DNA of 24,000 nt from an uncultured Anaerolineaceae bacterium (lineage in GTDB: Bacteria; Chloroflexota; Anaerolineae; Aggregatilineales; Aggregatilineaceae), in NCBI GenBank assembly GCA_964425755.1, contig CAYRNY010000002.1, forward strand, positions 119,544-143,543. Direction: 5' to 3'. The translations under genes and the position numbers were made by a program. Positions 15,832-23,767 of the stretch are shown here, one piece after another. Below the pieces are notes generated by a model. It saw only the letters and a list, made by a program, of their open reading frames with translations, did no database searches and was not told the origin of the DNA. Numbering within the stretch: the first letter of the stretch is position 1; each line of letters begins with the position of its first letter.

Positions 15832-16433
15832 TAGAAGATCTCCACCGTATTGAGCAAGTTTTCGAAGCGGTACAGGTTGGTGTCGAACGTGTTGCGTTCT
15901 TCGCGATAGGTGATGATCACGGCCTGCCCGCGCCGCAGCACGACCACGTCCACGCCCTGCACGACGATCGGCACAGTGGCAAGGAACGGGTTTCGTTCGT
16001 CTTGCGTGTAAGCGTAGATCATGCGCTTGGCCGGGTCACCGCGCAGGATTTCATCGGTGCGCGCGATCTCGCGGTAGGTCGAGAAGCGCGGCGCGCGCTG
16101 CATGTTGAGCAGGTCCAGCACGATGTTCGGCGTGGCGTCGTTCCCGACGGTCAGCACAGAGACCTGCAAGATAGTCTTGAACGGCAGCGCGTTGGGGTCC
16201 TGGGCGCGGAACACGTACTCGTCGCTTTGCGTGTCGATCAGCCAGTCAGCCGGAACCCGGGCGCGGACGCCGGCTTCCAGGTCTTCGAATTCCTGGGTCG
16301 CGCTGAGTGCGTTGTTCTTGAGCGTGAGTCCCACGGCCAGGACGAGGACCGCCACCGCGAGCGCGAGGTACGTGTTCCAGCGCTGGTTGAAGTTGAGGGC
16401 GATCGGTTCGTCGCTCTGCACGATATCGGTCAT
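15831..16433 (-). CDS. Hypothetical single-pass membrane-anchored protein with a ~160-aa extracytoplasmic alpha/beta domain
   Basis: 200 aa with one TM (WNTYLALAVAVLVLAVGLTL) near the N-terminus and no recognisable catalytic motif. Its start overlaps the upstream gene stop (ATGA at 16430-16433). Its stop overlaps the downstream start (TAATG, 15829-15833). Confidence 0.6.
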   Translation of the reverse strand: MTDIVQSDEPIALNFNQRWNTYLALAVAVLVLAVGLTLKNNALSATQEFEDLEAGVRARVPADWLIDTQSDEYVFRAQDPNALPFKTILQVSVLTVGNDATPNIVLDLLNMQRAPRFSTYREIARTDEILRGDPAKRMIYAYTQDERNPFLATVPIVVQGVDVVVLRRGQAVIITYREERNTFDTNLYRFENLLNTVEIF

Positions 16434-17344
16434 AGCAATTCCCGGCTTATCTCAGGTCGCCTGGTGGCGTGTTGCTGGCGCGTGTCGGCGCTCTCGATGA
16501 TGAATGCGATGGCGACGTACATCGCGGCGACCAGGCCGAATGCCAGCGCGAAACCGCGAATAGGGTTGCTGCCGGTGCCGGCGGTGCTCAAGCCCCCGAC
16601 GATGGCGACGGCGCGAAACGCGTGGTACAGCCCGGCGACCAACGCGGCGAAGCTCAGGCCGAACGGGAGCCAGATGATCGGCACGCGCCCGACGACGAGT
16701 TCCGCCATGAAGAAGCCAACCAGCGCACCAACAGCGAGATGCGAGTACGTGATGCTGGCGACGCGCAGCGCGGTAGCGACGAGGGTTGCGTCGGTGTCCA
16801 GCACGCTGTGCAGATTGTAGACGCTGGCATAGCCAAGCGCCGCTGCCAGGGCATAAGCGGCCCCATCCTGCCGCTGGGTGAAATGGCCCGGCCAGACGCT
16901 GTAGCGCAGCATGAGATACAGCAGCAACGCGGTAGCCATGCCGCTCGTGAAACCGTAACCCCACACACGCCCGAAGAATCCGGCTTCCGGCAGCCACAGT
17001 TCCGGCTCGAACAGGCGTCTTTCCAGCGGCACAGCGATCGCGTTTGCCACGAGCGCCCCTAGTACCAGCACGGCAAGAATTCGCTGTCGCGGCTGCGGGG
17101 CGCGGCGTTCGGCGCGGTAGGATATCAACAGCCAGGCTGCCAGCGGGACGAGCGCCATCGCCAGCCGGGGCAGGGACGCACGGGTCACCGGCAGCAGGTC
17201 GAACAGGCTTGTCGCCGCCCAGATTCCGGCGACGGTCACGGCCAGGATAAGCGCTTCGGCCCAGCTTGTGCGCCATACGCGCCGGTACGGGTAAATTTCC
17301 CTGATCTCTTCTTCCGGCGCGAGCAGGATTGGTTCAAAGGACAC
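16430..17344 (-). CDS. Polytopic (~8 TM) membrane protein, possibly a PrsW/CPBP-superfamily intramembrane protease homologue
   Basis: 304 aa. GTG start at 17344 is preceded by GAGGAAG. It is hydrophobic throughout. The segments DGAAYALAAALGYASVYNL, RVASITYSHLAVGALVG and GLYHAFRAV resemble PrsW-family motif regions (GlGFa..EN, R...H....G, H...N) but carry substitutions. The family call is low confidence. Confidence 0.55.
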   Translation of the reverse strand: MSFEPILLAPEEEIREIYPYRRVWRTSWAEALILAVTVAGIWAATSLFDLLPVTRASLPRLAMALVPLAAWLLISYRAERRAPQPRQRILAVLVLGALVANAIAVPLERRLFEPELWLPEAGFFGRVWGYGFTSGMATALLLYLMLRYSVWPGHFTQRQDGAAYALAAALGYASVYNLHSVLDTDATLVATALRVASITYSHLAVGALVGFFMAELVVGRVPIIWLPFGLSFAALVAGLYHAFRAVAIVGGLSTAGTGSNPIRGFALAFGLVAAMYVAIAFIIESADTRQQHATRRPEISRELL

Positions 17345-17587
17345 GAAACATCTTCCTCATCTATTGATTGCAGACAGCCCAAGTGGTAGACTTGCTCCGC
17401 CAGTTCAAGCTGATTCTACCGCGCTCTGAGCGATGTATCCACGATGCGGTGGGTGACCGCCCGGTGCAGGGTGCGCGGCTGGGCACGCGCAGCGCGATCA
17501 ACTGTTAGTCCGCGCCGAGTGTGTGGCCCGACCTATCGTGAGCGCAGAGCCTACCACAAAGCATTGCCGTTTTGCTAGAGAGAGACC
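17345..17587. promoter_or_regulatory. 243-bp divergent intergenic region (promoters for the four-gene envelope operon and the ABC transporter operon)
   Basis: This is the only sizeable non-coding gap between the two divergent operons. It contains an imperfect hairpin, GGTAGACTTG (17385-17394) pairing with CAAG..TCTACC (17406-17420), that would lie in the 5' leader of the minus-strand operon. Confidence 0.3.
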
Positions 17588-19228
17588 ATGAGCGTAGAAC
17601 AATCACAACAACGGCGCGGGCTGCGGCTAGGGGTACTGGGGATCGTGATCGTGCTGTTGTGCCTGTGTGTCGGGGCCGTGGGGCTGCTGGTGTTCACGGA
17701 CGACGAAGCAGCGGTCAGGGGTGGCGATACGATCGTCTACGGGCTGACGCTCAACCCTTCGGGCTTCGACCCGCATATTCACAACTCGAACGAACTGGGC
17801 ATTCCATTCTATTCAGTTTACGACCGCCTGGTGTACCGGCACCCGCAGACGATGGATTTCGTGCCAGGGCTGGCCGAGCGGTGGGAGATGGCCCCGGACG
17901 GCCTGTCATGGACGTTTTACCTGCGGCAGGACGTCACATTTCACGACGGGGAACCGTTCAATGCCTACGCGGTCGCGGTGAACCTGGATCGCATCACCAA
18001 TCCGGAGATCGCATCACGCAAGGCGGCGCTGCTGCTGGGATCGTACACGCATTACACGATCGTCGACGACTACACGATCACCCTGCACCTGGCGGAGCCT
18101 TACGCGCCGCTGCTGGATGCGTTGAGCCAGGTGTATCTAAGCATCGCCAGCCCGCAGGCGCTCGCGGAACACAGCAAGAATTCCTACCAGTGGCACCAGG
18201 TCGGCACCGGGCCGTATAAGCTGGCCGAGGTCGTGCCCGGCGAGCGGATTGTCCTGCAGCGCAACCCGGATTACGCCTGGGGGCCGGTCTTCTATGCCCA
18301 GGAGAGCGAGGACACGCTCGACACGATCGTGTTCCGGTTTTACGAAGACGCACCAACGCGCAGCCAGGCGCTTGAGAGCGGGGCGGTGCAGATGATCGGG
18401 GAACTGCTGCCGACGGACGCCGAGTTGCTGCTGGGCAACACGGCGCTGAATATATTTCGCGTGCCGATTGCCGGGATGCCACAGCAGTTTTTCTTCAACA
18501 CCCAGCGCGAGCCGACCGACGAGCAGACGCTGCGGCAGGCGTTGCTCTACGCGACAAACCGTACCGCGATCGCGGATGCCGTGTTCCAGGGACAATCACC
18601 CGTTGCCTACGGGCCGCTGACGTCGGTAACCCCGTTCTACGATCCGGACGTGGAGCAAATGTACCCATTCAGCCCGGCGGAGGCGCGGGGGATGCTAGAA
18701 GGGCTGGGATATGCCGACACGGACGACGACGGCATCCTGGACCGTGATGGCGATCCGCTGCGGCTGACGATGGTCTTTGCCCCCTGGAACCAGATGGGCG
18801 ACGTCGTGCAATTGATCCAGAGCCAGTGGCGCGATCTTGGCATCGACCTGGAACTGGTTCGCGCGCCAGATTTCCCGTCGCTGCGCGAGCATGTCGACGC
18901 GGGCGACTATCACCTGATCGCGTTCTATGATTTCGGCGTGGATGCCAGCTTGCTCAACCCGTTTTACCTGAGCGACGGCGCGAACAACTGGTCCGGCTAT
19001 GCTGACGAGGAGCTTGACCAGTGGCTGCACGAGGCGCTGCGGGTGCCTGACCCGGCGGCGCGCGCGGCGCTGTACAGCTCGGTGCAGACCCGGATCATGG
19101 AGCAGGCCGTGATCCTGCCGGTGCGCGAATATGTCAACCTGAACGGCGCGACGGCACGACTCGACGGCGTGATCTTCAGCGCGCAGGGATGGTGGCCGTT
19201 GCTGCGCAACCTGCAGCTCACCGGCTGA
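17588..19228 (+). CDS. ABC transporter substrate-binding protein, family 5 (peptide/nickel/oligosaccharide, DppA/OppA-like), N-terminally TM-anchored
   Basis: 546 aa. An N-terminal hydrophobic anchor (LGVLGIVIVLLCLCVGAVGLLVF) is followed by family-5 SBP features: TIVYGL...NPSGFDPH, WTFYLRQDVTFHDGEPFNA and NPDYAWGP. It is followed by two permease genes. Confidence 0.88.
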   Translation: MSVEQSQQRRGLRLGVLGIVIVLLCLCVGAVGLLVFTDDEAAVRGGDTIVYGLTLNPSGFDPHIHNSNELGIPFYSVYDRLVYRHPQTMDFVPGLAERWEMAPDGLSWTFYLRQDVTFHDGEPFNAYAVAVNLDRITNPEIASRKAALLLGSYTHYTIVDDYTITLHLAEPYAPLLDALSQVYLSIASPQALAEHSKNSYQWHQVGTGPYKLAEVVPGERIVLQRNPDYAWGPVFYAQESEDTLDTIVFRFYEDAPTRSQALESGAVQMIGELLPTDAELLLGNTALNIFRVPIAGMPQQFFFNTQREPTDEQTLRQALLYATNRTAIADAVFQGQSPVAYGPLTSVTPFYDPDVEQMYPFSPAEARGMLEGLGYADTDDDGILDRDGDPLRLTMVFAPWNQMGDVVQLIQSQWRDLGIDLELVRAPDFPSLREHVDAGDYHLIAFYDFGVDASLLNPFYLSDGANNWSGYADEELDQWLHEALRVPDPAARAALYSSVQTRIMEQAVILPVREYVNLNGATARLDGVIFSAQGWWPLLRNLQLTG

Positions 19229-19239
19229 CCGGCGGCGCG

Positions 19240-20163
19240 ATGGTACCGTTTGTCGTGCAGCGGATCGCGGCGGCGTTGGTGGTCGCGTGGTTGGCGATGA
19301 CATTGGCTTTTGTCGCGCTGCGCTGGCTGCCCGGCGACGCGCTCGACGCAACACTGGGACGCGCCGGGTGGTCCGACGATGTGATCCAGGCCCGGCGGTC
19401 CGATCTTGGCCTGGATGCGCCCGTCTGGTGGCAGTACGGCGCTTACCTGGCTGGGGTTGTGCGCGGCGAGTGGGGCACGTCGTTGATCTCCGGGCAGCCG
19501 GTGACCGCGATCATCTGGCAAAACGCCGGGCCGACCGTCGCGCTGGCGCTGGCGGCATTGGCGGTCGCTGTGGCGTTGGGAGTGCTGCTCGGCCTGCTTG
19601 CCGGGGCCGTTCCTTACGGCATCGTGCGGTACAGTGCCGAAGCCGCTGCATCATTCGCGCTGGCGACCCCCGTTTACTGGACCGCGACCCTCGCGATCTA
19701 TCTCTTCACCGTTGCGCTTGGTATCCTGCCGGGCGTGGGCGGATCGTCGCCACGCTACTTGATCCTGCCCGCGCTGGTGTTAGGGTTCCACACGGCGGGC
19801 AGCATCGCGCACGTCACGGCGCGCAGCATTCGCGAGATGTGGCACGAGGATTTTGTGCGCACGGCGCGTGCCAAAGGGCTGCCATCGCTGGACGTGTTGG
19901 ACCACGTGTTGCGCGTGGGCTTGCTGCCGGTGGTGGCCGTGATCGCGCTGCAACTCAGCTTTCTGATCAGCGGGACCGTGATCACGGAGGTGATCTTTGT
20001 GCGGCGCGGGTTGGGCCGCGTGCTGCTGGAAGCGATCACCGACCGCGATTACCCGGTCGTGCAGGGGCTGGTCGTGCTGGCGGCGCTGGCGATCAGCGGG
20101 ATCAATGCGCTGGCCGACGTGCTATACGCGCTGCTCGACCCGCGCGTGCGGGGGGAGGAGTGA
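19240..20163 (+). CDS. ABC transporter permease (DppB/OppB-like)
   Basis: MVPFVVQRIAAALVV is a typical N-terminus, and the EAA-loop region reads VRTARAKGLPSLDVLDHVLRVGLLPVV. The ATG at 19240 lies 11 nt after the SBP stop. The track ORF start at 19189 overlaps the SBP gene and is unlikely. Confidence 0.88.
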   Translation: MVPFVVQRIAAALVVAWLAMTLAFVALRWLPGDALDATLGRAGWSDDVIQARRSDLGLDAPVWWQYGAYLAGVVRGEWGTSLISGQPVTAIIWQNAGPTVALALAALAVAVALGVLLGLLAGAVPYGIVRYSAEAAASFALATPVYWTATLAIYLFTVALGILPGVGGSSPRYLILPALVLGFHTAGSIAHVTARSIREMWHEDFVRTARAKGLPSLDVLDHVLRVGLLPVVAVIALQLSFLISGTVITEVIFVRRGLGRVLLEAITDRDYPVVQGLVVLAALAISGINALADVLYALLDPRVRGEE

Positions 20164-20166
20164 GCC

Positions 20167-20964
20167 GTGCGGCGCAAGCGCAACCTGCGCGTCCGGCTTG
20201 CTGTGGCGCTGCTCGGCGCGATCGTGCTGGTGACCTTGCTCGCGCCCTGGCTGGCGACGCACGATCCGCGCCGCGCGATGCCGGAAGACCAGTTGCGGCC
20301 CCCTTCACACGGGCACCTGTTGGGCACGGATTTGCTGGGGCGTGACGTGTTCAGCCGGGTGCTATATGGCGGGCGGCGGGCGCTGATGATCGCGGGGATA
20401 GCGCTGCTGGTGACGGCTCCGCCCGGCCTGTTGATCGGGGCGGCGGCGGGCTATGCCGGGCGCTGGCTCGACGCGGCGCTGATGGCGCTGGTCGACGCGC
20501 TGCTGGCGTTCCCGGCGCTGCTGCTGGCGCTGGCCCTGGTGACGTTACTCGGGGATGGCCTCACGCAGATCGCGGTGGCGGTGGGCATCGCGGGGATACC
20601 GGGATACGCGCGGGTAGTGCGGGCGGCTGTGCTGGAAGCACGCGCGCGCCCGTTCGTCGAAGCGGCGCGATCACTGGGCGCGGCCCCACCGGGGATCGTG
20701 TGGCGGCATGTCGTGCCCACGATCCTGCCGCCGGTGCTGGCCTTCACCAGCGTCACGTTGAGCTGGGCGATCCTGAATGGGGCGGCGCTGGCGTTCCTGG
20801 GCTATGCGGGGGACCTCAGCGCGCCGGATTGGGGCATCATGCTGGCGGACGGGCGCGCGACATTCCGCACCGCGCCCTGGATCGCGCTCGCGCCCGGCGT
20901 GGCGATCAGCGCGCTGATCTTCGCGCTCAATCTGCTGGGGGGCGGCCTGGCGCGGCAGCGTTAG
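20167..20964 (+). CDS. ABC transporter permease (DppC/OppC-like)
   Basis: GTG start lies 3 nt after the upstream stop. N-terminus LLGTDLLGRDVFSRVLYGGR; EAA-loop region FVEAARSLGAAPPGIVWRHVVPTILPPV. Confidence 0.88.
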   Translation: MRRKRNLRVRLAVALLGAIVLVTLLAPWLATHDPRRAMPEDQLRPPSHGHLLGTDLLGRDVFSRVLYGGRRALMIAGIALLVTAPPGLLIGAAAGYAGRWLDAALMALVDALLAFPALLLALALVTLLGDGLTQIAVAVGIAGIPGYARVVRAAVLEARARPFVEAARSLGAAPPGIVWRHVVPTILPPVLAFTSVTLSWAILNGAALAFLGYAGDLSAPDWGIMLADGRATFRTAPWIALAPGVAISALIFALNLLGGGLARQR

Positions 20965-20983
20965 CGGGTTGTTCGCGCGTCGA

Positions 20984-21895
20984 TCACCCCAGCCGCCCGT
21001 AAGCGTCGAGGATGCGTAGGTTCTTCAGCGTCAGCACGCCGGACCATTCGCGTTCGACCTGCGGCCAGGTTTCCGGATACGTGCCACCCCAGGACACCGG
21101 CATTTTCCAGCTTCCATCGTCGCGCTGCTGGGCGATCAACGCGTCGAGATTGCGCTCGATCAGGTCCCCGAACAGGGACGCGAACGGCGATTCCGGGGTC
21201 GGGGCCACGTCAAGCGGCTGCAGATTGTAGTCTTTCCACCTGGCGGGATCATGTTCAACGGTCGTACGGACCAGCGCGGTGAGCTTGCCGGTGATGCGCT
21301 CGCGCCTGTCGTCCGGCAGATTAGGTGTGTCATAAAGCCGCAGCACGCACAACAGGTCGTGCATCTCGATCGCATCCAAGGCGAGCAGGTGCTCGGTCAC
21401 GGCGTCGGTGACGCGCTGCACCATGTCTTGCGAGAAGTGTTTCGCGTAGTCATGTAAATAACCGGCGATCTCGGCGCGCGGGTTCAGCGCGTGGGCGGCG
21501 GGGTCGGGACGATAAGCCCACCAGGGGGCATGCGGCGCTGCGTCCACGTTGGGCGGGACGATCCACCAGACGCCGTGAACGGCGTCATAGGTATCACGCA
21601 GGTAGGCGCAGCCCTGCACGATCAACGGGTGATCGCCGGGCGGGCACAGATCGCGGAAGATTTGAAACGCGATCGTGGTCGCGATCGCGGACGAGTCCGG
21701 CAGGCGGATGTCCGGTTCCAGCGCGTTGCCGAAACCACCATCCGCGTTTTGATACGTACTGAGCACGTCCAGCACGTCCGTGGCGGGCGCGTTTTCGAAG
21801 TGGAAGCGGTAGAGCGCGCGCTCCAGCGGGCGCGCCTGCGTGGTCATGAACTCAACCGCCTGGGCACGCCGGGCGGGTGCAAGCATGGCGGACAT
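20984..21895 (-). CDS. Hypothetical cytoplasmic protein, possibly alpha/alpha-toroid (prenyltransferase/squalene-cyclase-repeat-like) fold
   Basis: 303 aa with no TM. YQNADGGFGNALEPD and AQQRDDGSWKMP resemble the Q..DGGF/W repeats of prenyltransferase/terpene-cyclase-like toroids. The function cannot be assigned. Confidence 0.5.
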   Translation of the reverse strand: MSAMLAPARRAQAVEFMTTQARPLERALYRFHFENAPATDVLDVLSTYQNADGGFGNALEPDIRLPDSSAIATTIAFQIFRDLCPPGDHPLIVQGCAYLRDTYDAVHGVWWIVPPNVDAAPHAPWWAYRPDPAAHALNPRAEIAGYLHDYAKHFSQDMVQRVTDAVTEHLLALDAIEMHDLLCVLRLYDTPNLPDDRRERITGKLTALVRTTVEHDPARWKDYNLQPLDVAPTPESPFASLFGDLIERNLDALIAQQRDDGSWKMPVSWGGTYPETWPQVEREWSGVLTLKNLRILDAYGRLG

Positions 21896-21971
21896 GGCAC
21901 AGCAATCCTTTCGCAGCGTTAATGATCACTACCTTACAGTGTAGAACCGATGTTCGATTCCGTCAACCGGT

Positions 21972-22721
21972 TCATTGGGCGGGGGGTTGCGGTTCTGTCG
22001 TGCTGATCCGGAAGCGCACTTCTTCGGACGAGACCGTGCCGGTCCACACGCCCTGAGTGGTGTATTCGGGGAACGGGGTGGCTGTGACCACGCCCACCTG
22101 CAGGTTAGCCTGGGGCAGGTTGCCGGCACTGGAGTTGCGGAAGAACGCCCGGATGCGGTAATCCTGTCCGGGAACGAGGCCGAGGTTTTGCAGCGTTTGC
22201 GCGCTGATGGTGATCGTCTCGTGGCAGCGCGCCCGCGCACCGAGCAAGTGCAGCGTGCGGAAGCTGGCCCCGGTGAACACGGCTGGCGGCGTGTAGGTGC
22301 CGGGCTGGCTTGCCACGTTCACGGTGAGGTCCACGCTGGTGATGTCGAGCGTGATTCCTTCTACGGCGGGGTTATTGGTCAGGATCGCGTCCTGGTCAGG
22401 GATGTGCAGGATCACCGGACCGCGATCTCTGTTGACGAACGTGAGCGTGACTTCCAGGGGACTGTTAGGGCCGATCGTGCGCGCGGCGAGTTCAATGTCA
22501 AGGTCGAGCGCGTCGGCCTGGTCGCTGCGGTGGGCGAGGATCGAGCGGTTGTTACCGCCGATCGGCGGCGCGAGGTCGCTGCATTGCGGGCCGTTCCGTG
22601 CTGCCGGGAAATAGCGCGGAAAAAGCAACGTGAATAGCAGCGTGACCAGGGCCAGAATAAGGCCAAGTTGTGAGCGGTTCCATTGGCGTAACCGCTGGAG
22701 TCGTCGGTTGCGTTGTTGCAT
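21972..22721 (-). CDS. Hypothetical single-pass membrane protein with a beta-rich extracytoplasmic domain
   Basis: Arg-rich N-terminus (MQQRNRRLQRLRQWNR) is followed by a TM (LGLILALVTLLFTLLF) and then a beta-strand-like domain with two Cys. The ATG at 22719-22721 lies 5 nt downstream of the miaA stop. The TTG at 22748 of the maximal ORF would overlap miaA by 22 nt. Confidence 0.55.
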   Translation of the reverse strand: MQQRNRRLQRLRQWNRSQLGLILALVTLLFTLLFPRYFPAARNGPQCSDLAPPIGGNNRSILAHRSDQADALDLDIELAARTIGPNSPLEVTLTFVNRDRGPVILHIPDQDAILTNNPAVEGITLDITSVDLTVNVASQPGTYTPPAVFTGASFRTLHLLGARARCHETITISAQTLQNLGLVPGQDYRIRAFFRNSSAGNLPQANLQVGVVTATPFPEYTTQGVWTGTVSSEEVRFRISTTEPQPPAQ

Positions 22722-22726
22722 AAGTT

Positions 22727-23767
22727 TCAGCTTTCGCGAGCCAGCCAATTCTGAATCTGCGTGACCACGTCTTGCGGCGTGAGCGTGGTAACATCCAGCC
22801 AGCGGATGCCGCTATCATGTCCCCGGAACCAGGTGTACTGGCGGCGTGCAAAGGCGCGTGTCTGGCGGCGGATCGCGTCGATGGTGTCGTCGTAGGATGC
22901 GGTGCCTTCCAGGTACGCGCGCCACTGGCTGTAGCCCAGCCCGCTCATCGCCGGACAGTCCCAAGTATAGCCTGCTTTCAGGAGATCGCGCACTTCATCG
23001 AGCAGTCCCGCCTCAACCATGCGCGTGATGCGTGCGTCAATGCGGGCGAACAGTTGCTCGCGCGGCAGCGTCAGCCCAAGCTGCAGGATGCGGTACGGTG
23101 GGGGCTTCTTGCGTTGCAGCGCAGTGATCGGCGCGCCGGTCTCAAGATACACTTCCAGGGCGCGAACGACGCGGCGCACGTTGCGGTAGTCGATGCGGGC
23201 GGCGGCGTCCGGGTCGGCGGCACGCAGCCGGTCGTGCAGAGCTCGCGCGCCGTGCTGTTCGGCGTAATCCTCAAGCTCGCGGCGTAGATCGGGGTTGGGT
23301 GGCACCTCCGGGATACCCCAGCCTTCGACAACCGCCGTGATGTACTGACCGGTGCCCCCAACCAGCAGGGGCAGCTTACCGCGCGCGTGGATCGCGTCGA
23401 TTGTGGCATAGGCGGCGCGCTGGTACTGCGCAAGCGTAAACGTTTCGTCCGGCGTGACGATATCGAGCAGATGGTGCGGCACGGCGGCGCGTTCGGCGGG
23501 CGACGGCTTGGCTGTACCGATATCCATCCCGCGATAAATCTGCCGGCTGTCCGCGTTGATGATCTCGCCGTTCAGCGCGCGCGCGACGTGGATCGCCAGC
23601 GCGGTTTTGCCGCTGGCGGTCGGGCCGAGGATCACGACCAGCGGCGGGTTCTCGTCCGGCCCGGTGTCGGGTGCGGGGGCGGGTTCGGCAGCGGTAGCGG
23701 CTTCCGGCGCGGTGAGCGGGCCGGTCCCGACGCCGCCGGGGGCGAGCAGTTTACCAGGCCAGCGCAT
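22727..23767 (-). CDS. miaA: tRNA dimethylallyltransferase (tRNA delta(2)-isopentenylpyrophosphate transferase)
   Basis: P-loop VILGPTASGKTALA, INADSRQIYRGMDIGTAKPS, and LVGGTGQYI. The maximal ORF has a 45-aa Pro/Ala-rich N-terminal extension. An in-frame GTG at 23633-23635 just before the P-loop is an alternative start. Confidence 0.9.
   Translation of the reverse strand: MRWPGKLLAPGGVGTGPLTAPEAATAAEPAPAPDTGPDENPPLVVILGPTASGKTALAIHVARALNGEIINADSRQIYRGMDIGTAKPSPAERAAVPHHLLDIVTPDETFTLAQYQRAAYATIDAIHARGKLPLLVGGTGQYITAVVEGWGIPEVPPNPDLRRELEDYAEQHGARALHDRLRAADPDAAARIDYRNVRRVVRALEVYLETGAPITALQRKKPPPYRILQLGLTLPREQLFARIDARITRMVEAGLLDEVRDLLKAGYTWDCPAMSGLGYSQWRAYLEGTASYDDTIDAIRRQTRAFARRQYTWFRGHDSGIRWLDVTTLTPQDVVTQIQNWLARES

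Noticed and set aside
16002-17276. ORFs 16002..16820 (+), 16452..17276 (-, alternative frame) and 16469..17062 (+), all overlapping the first two operon genes
   Set aside because: These are Arg-rich shadow frames. The chosen frames give coherent TM helices and coupled start/stop overlaps.
17428-17575. Arg-rich 44-codon ORF (MRWVTARCRVRGW...) in the 243-bp divergent intergenic region
   Set aside because: It has no RBS and a shadow-ORF-like composition, and it lies where two promoters must be located.
18695-20345. 219-aa - strand ORF (18695..19354) and 352-aa + strand alternative-frame ORF (19287..20345) across the ABC genes
   Set aside because: The chosen frames contain SBP family-5 and permease EAA-loop motifs. 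The alternatives are Arg/Ala/Gly-rich with no features.
21952-21961. GTTCGATTCC, identical to the tRNA T-loop consensus, in the 76-nt gap between two minus-strand genes
   Set aside because: The flanking bases do not form a T-stem (CGATG versus CCGTC). No acceptor, anticodon or D arms can be drawn on either strand, and the gap is too short for a tRNA plus flanks.
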